From Parcubacteria group bacterium GW2011_GWA2_38_13 (lineage in GTDB: Bacteria > Patescibacteriota > Patescibacteriia > Buchananbacterales > GWA2-38-13): 43,531 nt of DNA. The notes below the pieces were generated by a model, which did no database searches, was not told where the DNA came from, and saw only the letters and a program-made list of their open reading frames with translations. The DNA is taken from the NCBI GenBank assembly GCA_000992395.1, contig LBUD01000003.1, positions 1 to 43,531 of the forward strand, read 5' to 3'. A program made the translations under genes and the position numbers. This document shows, in pieces, positions 17,574 through 24,367 of the stretch. The stretch's first letter is position 1. Each line of letters opens with the position of its first letter.

Positions 17574-18368
17574 ATGAATCGTTCTTTGAAAATCGGCTTG
17601 GCGTGCGCGTTTGGCGCTTTCATCGGCTCACTTGTCGCACTTTCGCTCAACCAGTTCTGGTGGTGGCTGGGTATGTTTGTCGGCGGTGGTGTTGGGTATC
17701 TCTCGTACGAGCTCAAGACCGTTATCGAAGCCACGAAAGTCGCGTGGAAGCAGGTGATTGGCTGGCGGCCGAGTTGGCAATCATGGATACATACAGGTAA
17801 ATTTTTTGTGCTTTCTTTAGCATTGCCAGCGACTGTTCTTTTTCCAATTGGAATATTGTGTTTATTGTTAGACTTGGCATTACCTGAAAATAATAAAAGT
17901 TTACTTAATCTGTGTTATCTTTGGCTTGCCGGCATTCCTTTGGTTGGAATTTTCAATACCTTTATATATACTAACGGTGCGAATAATAAAGTTATATCCT
18001 ATCAAGAAATGAAAGATATATTCTTTGAGTTCAATCCCTTGGTGGTTTATTTTTATTACGTACCCATGTATGCGGGCATTGGAATTTGGTTTGCAATTAA
18101 GCGCATTCCTCGGCTAGCGCTTAGGGTTGTTCTTGGAATTTTTATTATATTTGCCAGGCTTGGCACATTTGTCTGGACAATATTCAAATTCATCCATTCC
18201 GAAGAGCGCGTGTTGTGCGCATTTGACGCAGCGCTTGGCGCTGGCATCGGTTATTTCTACCATAACCCGATTGTCGGCATGATCGCGGGAGGAATTTTCG
18301 GAGTTTTGAACTACGAAATTCTATCCAAGCGAGTGTTAAGGCTCGTTTCCCTGAAAACCAAGTCGTAA
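17574..18368 (+). CDS. Integral membrane protein with related Gly-rich N- and C-terminal TM modules
   Basis: GGAGG lies 7 nt before ATG 17574 (the track start 17523 is less likely). N-terminal FGAFIGSLV...VGGGVGYLSYELKTV resembles C-terminal LGAGIGY...IAGGIFGVLNYEILSKRV. Confidence 0.7.
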   Translation: MNRSLKIGLACAFGAFIGSLVALSLNQFWWWLGMFVGGGVGYLSYELKTVIEATKVAWKQVIGWRPSWQSWIHTGKFFVLSLALPATVLFPIGILCLLLDLALPENNKSLLNLCYLWLAGIPLVGIFNTFIYTNGANNKVISYQEMKDIFFEFNPLVVYFYYVPMYAGIGIWFAIKRIPRLALRVVLGIFIIFARLGTFVWTIFKFIHSEERVLCAFDAALGAGIGYFYHNPIVGMIAGGIFGVLNYEILSKRVLRLVSLKTKS

Positions 18369-18376
18369 AGTCATTT

Positions 18377-18409
18377 GACCCTGTGTGAAAAAAACATGGG
18401 GTCTTTTTT
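18377..18409 (+). terminator. Rho-independent terminator
   Basis: GACCCTGTG-tgaaaaaaa-CATGGGGTC (two G-U pairs), then TTTTTT. Confidence 0.7.
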
Positions 18410-18428
18410 ATTCCCCTATTTTTTGAGG

Positions 18429-18529
18429 CTGTCCGATAACTGTCATTCTGAGCCTGTGGCGAAGAATCCTCCTGCTAATCTGTGTGATCTTTCGCTTCAC
18501 TCAGGATGACAAAAGTAATTATCGGACAG
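18429..18529. repeat. Palindromic intergenic element, family A, with an extra 11-bp outer stem
   Basis: CTGTCCGATAA...TTATCGGACAG encloses TGTCATTCTGAGCCTGTGGCGAAGAATC / GATCTTTCGCTTCACTCAGGATGACA. The minus-strand ORF 18475-18720 ends in its translation (VILSEAKDHTD). Confidence 0.8.
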
Positions 18530-18581
18530 TCTGTGTAAGGAATAGAGGAGCTGTTTAAAATTTCCCCTCTTAGGGTAATTT

Positions 18582-18610
18582 TTGACAAACACCTTATATC
18601 ACGATATAGT
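18582..18610 (+). promoter_or_regulatory. Sigma-70-like promoter
   Basis: TTGACA 18582-18587, 17-nt spacer, TATAGT 18605-18610. Confidence 0.5.
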
Positions 18611-18621
18611 AGAATAACAAT

Positions 18622-19371
18622 ATGCAAAGAAACATTTTTTTTATTACAATAATATTTATCGCATTCGTGTTTGGCGGATGCACTGCAAAAGACGATATTC
18701 TTATTATTAATGATGCGCAAAGCAATCCATTAGTGCAAGATTCGCCAACACCCACTCCTACCCCCTCACCAAAGCCTAAAATCGTGCTGTATAGCGTGCC
18801 TTTTGCCTCGCAAGCCCCTTTATTAAATTGGGATGAACTTCACAACGAGGCGTGCGAGGAGGCTTCTATGATAATGGCTGACACCTTTTTCCATAAGCTG
18901 TCTTTGGATAAAAATATAATGGAAGAAAAAATACAAAAGCTGGTGAAGTGGGAAGAAGAGAATGGATACACAATTGACGTAACAGCGAATGAAGTGGCCA
19001 AGATATTGAAAGATTATTTTTCATTGAACGCCTCAGTAAAACCTATTAATGACGCCTTGGATATTATTAGTGAGCTTGAGCATGGGTATCTGGTTATCGT
19101 GCCTGCGGCAGGACGATTATTAAAAAATCCAAACTATAAAACACCGGGGCCGCTATATCATATGCTTTTGGTGCGAGGATACGATCTGAATAAACAGGAA
19201 ATTATCACCAATGATCCGGGTACGCGCAAGGGCGAAGGGTACAGATATTCCTACGATGTTTTTTTTAACGCAATACATGATTGGCCAAAACTTGGTTTAG
19301 GAAAAGATGATGTAAGCGACGAAGAGATGAATGGCTCAGATAAGGTGATGATAGTTGTGTCGGGTATTTAA
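18622..19371 (+). CDS. Lipoprotein with a peptidase C39-like (C39_2) domain
   Basis: Lipobox FVFGGC. Pro/Thr linker (PTPTPTPSPKPK). VPFASQAPLLNWDELHNEACEEASMIMA matches the C39-like pattern with its Cys. Confidence 0.7.
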   Translation: MQRNIFFITIIFIAFVFGGCTAKDDILIINDAQSNPLVQDSPTPTPTPSPKPKIVLYSVPFASQAPLLNWDELHNEACEEASMIMADTFFHKLSLDKNIMEEKIQKLVKWEEENGYTIDVTANEVAKILKDYFSLNASVKPINDALDIISELEHGYLVIVPAAGRLLKNPNYKTPGPLYHMLLVRGYDLNKQEIITNDPGTRKGEGYRYSYDVFFNAIHDWPKLGLGKDDVSDEEMNGSDKVMIVVSGI

Positions 19372-19375
19372 TATC

Positions 19376-19447
19376 GAGTATCAAGTATAAAGAATCAAGT
19401 ATGAATCATACTCAAAACTTTATTCTCAATACTCAATACTTAATACT
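19376..19447. repeat. AT-rich imperfect palindrome, family C (AGTATCAAGTAT motif)
   Basis: GAGTATCAAGTATAAAGAATCAAGTATGA is roughly three-quarters complementary to TCATACTCAAAACTTTATTCTCAATACTC. Fills the spacer before nifU. Confidence 0.6.
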
Positions 19448-19452
19448 ATCCT

Positions 19453-19683
19453 ATGGATAAACAAATTGAAAAAGTAATTGACGGTGATATTCGCCCCCAA
19501 ATACAAGGCGATGGCGGTGATATTGAATTTATTTCATTTGATAAAAAAACCGGAACGGTAAGGGTCCGGCTTCATGGCGCTTGCCAGGGATGTCCAATGT
19601 CTCACGTTACGCTTTTTCAAGGGGTTGAGAAACTCTTGAAAGAAAAAATTCCTGAAGTGAAAGGAGTAGAAGTTATTGAATAA
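19453..19683 (+). CDS. NifU-like (Nfu C-terminal) Fe-S cluster scaffold domain protein
   Basis: IRPQIQGDGGDIEFISFD...VRLHGACQGCPMS with the CxxC motif. 76 aa. Confidence 0.9.
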   Translation: MDKQIEKVIDGDIRPQIQGDGGDIEFISFDKKTGTVRVRLHGACQGCPMSHVTLFQGVEKLLKEKIPEVKGVEVIE

Positions 19684-19687
19684 TCAG

Positions 19688-20080
19688 CTATTCATTAATA
19701 ATATTTTCCGAATCCTTAAGAGGCGCGTCATTTTTTGTTTTTTCAATGATTGTATCAGGCAATATTTGCGCAGTAGATGAGACGATTCTGTTTTCCAGAA
19801 AAAAATTACTCATTTTTTCAATCTCGTTTCCAAAACGAGAATTTTTTTTGTCTTGAATTTTAAGAATTATTTTTTCAAATTCATTTTTGCTAAATGATTC
19901 CGGGGCAACCTCCTGTCTTTTTATGGCAATGTCATTGGAAGAAATTATTGATTGGTAAACGAATGTATAGAGAAAAAATCCCGTGAATACAACTATAATA
20001 AAAATAAATATAAAAGATATAATATAAAAAACTTTTTTGGTAATCGTTATTTTTACGCGGAATTTTGGTTGAAAATTCAT
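19688..20080 (-). CDS. Single-pass membrane protein, last gene of the pilus operon (unknown; sits where pilP would be)
   Basis: 130-aa ORF with one TM. Its start overlaps the pilO-like stop by 4 nt. Confidence 0.55.
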   Translation of the reverse strand: MNFQPKFRVKITITKKVFYIISFIFIFIIVVFTGFFLYTFVYQSIISSNDIAIKRQEVAPESFSKNEFEKIILKIQDKKNSRFGNEIEKMSNFFLENRIVSSTAQILPDTIIEKTKNDAPLKDSENIINE

Positions 20081-20634
20081 AATGTTGTATTTTCAAATTC
20101 AAGAATAAAGGCGGTACCAATAATTTCAGCCGTTATGTTGCCTTGTTTATTCAGTGAATTTATGGAAATATTGGAAATATTAAAATAAGTATCCAGCGCT
20201 TCTATATCAGATAAAAATTTCAATAATTGCTCAAAACCCCCTTCAATTTTAAGGGAAAGCGGCATGGTTTTTGCGATAGATGTTTTGCCATCGGTTAAAT
20301 TTTTTTTATCTATTTTTGTAAATACGGGCTCTAAATTATATTTTTGTGATATTATTTCAAGCTGAGTTATAAATTCAAGCTCTTTGCCGTTTTGGATAAA
20401 TAGAGTATCAATTTCATTTTTTCGGGATTCAACGGATTTAAAATCTTGTACCACTTTTTTGAGAAATTGACCTTGCTGGATTTTTGTTTCCAGCATTTCC
20501 GCCTCTATCCTTATATCATTATTGATTTTTTTAATTTCTTTAAGCGTGGGAGCAACGAGAAAAAATTCAATAATAAATATAATGATTACAAATGCTGATA
20601 CGATGATTGCAATTTTTTTCTTGTTTGAATTCAT
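20077..20634 (-). CDS. pilO: PilO-like type IV pilus assembly protein
   Basis: N-terminal TM plus coiled coil plus a ~90-aa domain. Located after pilM and pilN, with 4-nt overlaps on both sides. Confidence 0.6.
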   Translation of the reverse strand: MNSNKKKIAIIVSAFVIIIFIIEFFLVAPTLKEIKKINNDIRIEAEMLETKIQQGQFLKKVVQDFKSVESRKNEIDTLFIQNGKELEFITQLEIISQKYNLEPVFTKIDKKNLTDGKTSIAKTMPLSLKIEGGFEQLLKFLSDIEALDTYFNISNISINSLNKQGNITAEIIGTAFILEFENTTL

Positions 20635-21176
20635 GGGGTTATTCGCGTTATTTTGTCTACTGAAAATTCTAAATTTATCGAAAATATGATGTTTTCTTTC
20701 TTGAAAAGCGCATCGTATGGAAATTTGTATTCTTTGAAATATCCGCTAGAGTTAATATTTTTTTCAAAATCAATAAGATCTTGCCTTTTTTTTGCTGAAC
20801 CCGATATTGCCGCATTTCCCTTATCATTAACACTTAGCGCGCTTATGGTAATTCCTGAGTTGGCAATGGAATTGAATTTTATAAAAAAAACTATCCAATC
20901 GATATGGTCTTTTTGGATTTGAGATACGGCATCAATCTCTTTTTTTAGATTTTTTATTTCCGAGTTTGAAATTTTTATCGGTATTGTTCCTAAAACATTG
21001 CTTGATACCGCGTATGTGAAATGATTCAGAAGAATAATTTTTCCAATCAATAGCATGGTGGATGAGATAATAAATCCGGCAAGAATCACAAGCATAAAAT
21101 TCTTAATAGCAATATATGTATTAAGCATTTGAAGCTCTTTTTTTTCTTTTTCCGGAATGAGATTGAGCGTAATCAT
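20631..21176 (-). CDS. pilN: PilN-like type IV pilus assembly protein
   Basis: ITLNLIPEKEK start (the INLLP-type PilN motif) followed by a TM. Directly after pilM. Confidence 0.7.
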   Translation of the reverse strand: MITLNLIPEKEKKELQMLNTYIAIKNFMLVILAGFIISSTMLLIGKIILLNHFTYAVSSNVLGTIPIKISNSEIKNLKKEIDAVSQIQKDHIDWIVFFIKFNSIANSGITISALSVNDKGNAAISGSAKKRQDLIDFEKNINSSGYFKEYKFPYDALFKKENIIFSINLEFSVDKITRITP

Positions 21177-21183
21177 ACAATTC

Positions 21184-22242
21184 TTATTCCGATCCCCTTA
21201 AAGCAAGCCCAATGGCAGTTGCATAAGACAAAATATTATTTTTATCTAAACGTATGGAGTTTCCGATTTTAGAAATATTTGTCATGGGATCGCCCAGCTT
21301 TACCGGAATATGGAATTTTTCATATAAAATAGTATCCAGATCCATAAGATATGCGCCTCCTCCGCAAAGTAAAATTTCTTTTATAATGCCTGTTTTGCCG
21401 TTTTGTTCTTCATAGAAAAATATCGCCTCTTCCACCTTTCTCATAAGAATGCTGACATTGCCCATAAGGATTGTTTTCAATATTCCTTTGCATTTTTTTT
21501 TGTCAAGTCCGCAAAGAATTTTTGCCTGTTCGGCTTTTTTCAAATCCAAATCCAATTTTTCTGATATTTTTCGCGTTATATCATTACCTGAAACCGGTAA
21601 GGACATACAAAATTGTATTGTGTTTTGATCGTAAACAATAAGGCTGGTTCGTGTTGCTCCGAAGTCAATGATAATCCTTGCGCTTGAGTTATTCTGGCGG
21701 TGAAGCGAAAATAAACTTCTGGCCAATGGCGCCGCCTCAATCTCAAGGGCAATGGGTAATAGCCCCGCTGATTTAATTACTCCCATATAGCTGTCAACAA
21801 TTTGAATGGGCGCGGCGCCGGCCAATACATCATTTTTTGCATTTTTTTGGAATTCACCCGACATTTGCCAATCAAAATATATTTCATCCATTGAATAGGG
21901 GATGTGGCGGGTCATTTCCTGAATAAGATGTTCGGGTAATTTTTCTATGCTTTCGCTTTCAATTTTTAAAAGCTTGATAAAAGTTTTTGTATCCGGTAAA
22001 ACGCTGATTACTTTGTCAGTCCGTATTTTTTTTCCATTAGAGGAAGATACAAGTTGTTGTATTGCATGTGTTAGCTGATCGGGCTTTTGTATCTCGCCAT
22101 CGTTAATGCACCCTTGGGGAAGGGGAAGCTCGCCCTGGCTGACAACTGAAAATTTTTTTCCGTATTTTTCAATACAAACAAGACGTAGCGTGAAATCCCC
22201 GATATCAAGGCCTATGACATTATGTTCTTTTATCGTAAACAT
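21184..22242 (-). CDS. pilM: Type IV pilus assembly protein PilM (actin-like ATPase fold)
   Basis: VIGLDIGDFTLRLV, DFGATRTSL and LCGGGA motifs of the PilM/FtsA-like family. 352 aa. Confidence 0.88.
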   Translation of the reverse strand: MFTIKEHNVIGLDIGDFTLRLVCIEKYGKKFSVVSQGELPLPQGCINDGEIQKPDQLTHAIQQLVSSSNGKKIRTDKVISVLPDTKTFIKLLKIESESIEKLPEHLIQEMTRHIPYSMDEIYFDWQMSGEFQKNAKNDVLAGAAPIQIVDSYMGVIKSAGLLPIALEIEAAPLARSLFSLHRQNNSSARIIIDFGATRTSLIVYDQNTIQFCMSLPVSGNDITRKISEKLDLDLKKAEQAKILCGLDKKKCKGILKTILMGNVSILMRKVEEAIFFYEEQNGKTGIIKEILLCGGGAYLMDLDTILYEKFHIPVKLGDPMTNISKIGNSIRLDKNNILSYATAIGLALRGSE

Positions 22243-22248
22243 AAATAT

Positions 22249-23724
22249 TTATATACTTTCGCCGGGCAAAAGTTCTTCCCAAGATACAAATGTATATTCT
22301 CCCGATGAAGGGTACATTGGCGGAGGGGTATACAAAAGGTTTGAATCGTAATTTATATTTCTTGTCCCGTATCCCGAGCACCATACACCTCCGCAAACCC
22401 ATGAAAAGCCATATCTTTGGTTTGAGGCAATAGAGCCGTAGAAATTCAAAGTATTGCGTTTGTAATACGTCCCGCTACAATCAGACGGATAATAATTTCT
22501 CCCCACACGCCCTTTTTGAGCCAATAAAGCGGCATCTATTTCTATGGGATCGTCGCTATAAAGCCCGATTAAAATATTATTTTGGGAAATTATGCCAAGT
22601 TCAACGGTGCCATCCTTAACAGAATATTGCAGATTGTGATTTATCCAGATATCTGCGGTGGCGGATGCCAAAGGTTCTTTCGCGGCTACAACGTTTACAA
22701 AATTTCCGCTATTTAATGTTCCATCTATCCATACATTGTCTTCAACAAATATTATACCATTATCAGGTATGTTGGCGCTAGTCCAGTTTCCTTGGTATTG
22801 GACAATTGACCCCGTTGTGGTGGAATGGGTCTGCCATTGCCCACCTTCCCATCTGGTCCATGAGCATGAATTTGTAGTGCGAACATTGCGATATTGCAAA
22901 GTATCTCCTAAAAATTGTATATGAACGCCTTCTCTGTTGGATTTATTGATTTTTAATCCGGCGTTTTGCTGTAATTGATACAGATCCGCGCTGACTATAT
23001 TAAAATCAATTGTTGACACGGGATACCTTCTGCCCGATGCGAATATATCTGTTCTTAAGGGGGGCTGGGTATTTGGCGATGGGTCTTGCGGCGCAACGCA
23101 GGTATGAACGCCCCATGATGAAACCGTACAAGCATCGGAATCAACGTCGTTATACGTTTCCAGCCCGCTTGTAACCTCATTGTACGCTATGCCATCAAAG
23201 CGTATTCCGCCATTCGCATGGATGGGGCCGTGAACGGTCGTGCCTGCGCCAAATCGCAGGCTGGAATTTGAAAGCGCCGCGTATCGTGCCCAGGAGGGCC
23301 TGCCGTACCGGACTCCGGCGATTCTTTTAGTGTTTGGATTATCAATCGTCCATCCGGTTGATTTGATTTTTACAACCGTGGAATTGGCGGGCGGGGGAGT
23401 TATATAAAGCTCAAACCTTCCGATTATGTCGCCGCTTGGGTCTTCGTAATCATGGACATACGGACCGCAGGGATTGCATCCTGTTTGCCCCGTGCCGTCG
23501 GCATAATCTTCGGGAGAATTATCAAGATGCCATTTATAATAATTTGTTCCCGCCTCGGCTATTTGAAGCGCTGATAATTTAATTTTTCTCGCCAAGTGCA
23601 TTTTTTTTTGTTGTACAAGAATGCCAAGCAGTCCTCCGCTTAATACAATAAAAATAAATGTAAAAGCGAGCATGGTAATAAGTATTGAGCCTTTATTATT
23701 TTTTATGCACAATCTTTTTTTCAT
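22249..23724 (-). CDS. PilX-N-type pseudopilin with a large Cys/Gly/Trp-rich C-terminal domain
   Basis: KGSILITMLAFTFIFIVLSGGLLG...LQIAEAGTNYYKW fits the PilX N-terminal pattern, with no Glu at +5. 491 aa. Confidence 0.65.
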   Translation of the reverse strand: MKKRLCIKNNKGSILITMLAFTFIFIVLSGGLLGILVQQKKMHLARKIKLSALQIAEAGTNYYKWHLDNSPEDYADGTGQTGCNPCGPYVHDYEDPSGDIIGRFELYITPPPANSTVVKIKSTGWTIDNPNTKRIAGVRYGRPSWARYAALSNSSLRFGAGTTVHGPIHANGGIRFDGIAYNEVTSGLETYNDVDSDACTVSSWGVHTCVAPQDPSPNTQPPLRTDIFASGRRYPVSTIDFNIVSADLYQLQQNAGLKINKSNREGVHIQFLGDTLQYRNVRTTNSCSWTRWEGGQWQTHSTTTGSIVQYQGNWTSANIPDNGIIFVEDNVWIDGTLNSGNFVNVVAAKEPLASATADIWINHNLQYSVKDGTVELGIISQNNILIGLYSDDPIEIDAALLAQKGRVGRNYYPSDCSGTYYKRNTLNFYGSIASNQRYGFSWVCGGVWCSGYGTRNINYDSNLLYTPPPMYPSSGEYTFVSWEELLPGESI

Positions 23725-23731
23725 AAAAATT

Positions 23732-24367
23732 TTACAAATTGTCTTTTAGGTTTCTCAATGTTACAAACATTTCCAGATTAAAATTATCAGGAGCTTTGTA
23801 CGGATCAATATTGATTGTGAGAAGCAACTTGATAAGCCGGATAGCATTTATAGAAACCGGCTGGGGCATCGGATTGTTTACTGTATCTTGCGGGTAATTG
23901 CCGTTGTAATAATAAAAAATAGGATTTGCCCCGTTTTGAATAAATTGGGCGATGGTTGTGGTTGCTTCATTCGCGCTTGGGTATTGCGCCGGCGTTCCGG
24001 CAATCGGCTTGATCACTCCTCTGATAAGATTTGTTCCCGTTAAGGTGTATCGGACTTTTTCAATAACCGCATCGGTATCAATATCGCTATAAAACGTAAA
24101 GCTTTGCGAGTCAGCCTGGACAATGGGATAATCGCCATTTTCTCCGTACGATGCTTCACGAATTTCTTTCACCATGTTTTCTATTCCTTTTTTTGCGTAT
24201 TCTGTCGCATCAGACATTTCTAAAGAAAATCTATTCATATTATAGCCTTGAAAAATATAATCCATGGTTATCAATACCAAGATGGCAAAAATTGAAACAG
24301 CCATTAAAACCTCTATAAGCGTAAAGCCCTGTTTGCGGCAATTAAATTTTAATAATAATTTTTTCAT
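23732..24367 (-). CDS. Type IV minor pilin (PilW/GspJ-like prepilin)
   Basis: Prepilin motif KQG|FTLIEVLMAVSIFAIL with Glu at +5. 211 aa. Confidence 0.8.
   Translation of the reverse strand: MKKLLLKFNCRKQGFTLIEVLMAVSIFAILVLITMDYIFQGYNMNRFSLEMSDATEYAKKGIENMVKEIREASYGENGDYPIVQADSQSFTFYSDIDTDAVIEKVRYTLTGTNLIRGVIKPIAGTPAQYPSANEATTTIAQFIQNGANPIFYYYNGNYPQDTVNNPMPQPVSINAIRLIKLLLTINIDPYKAPDNFNLEMFVTLRNLKDNL

Noticed and set aside
16641-17800. Overlapping ORFs 16641-17087(-), 16714-17076(+), 17080-17367(+), 17525-17800(+) and 17552-17734(-) in the island.
   Set aside because: They are explained by the locally higher G+C, which lowers stop-codon frequency. Only 16752-17360 and 17574-18368 have SD sequences and sensible protein-like composition.
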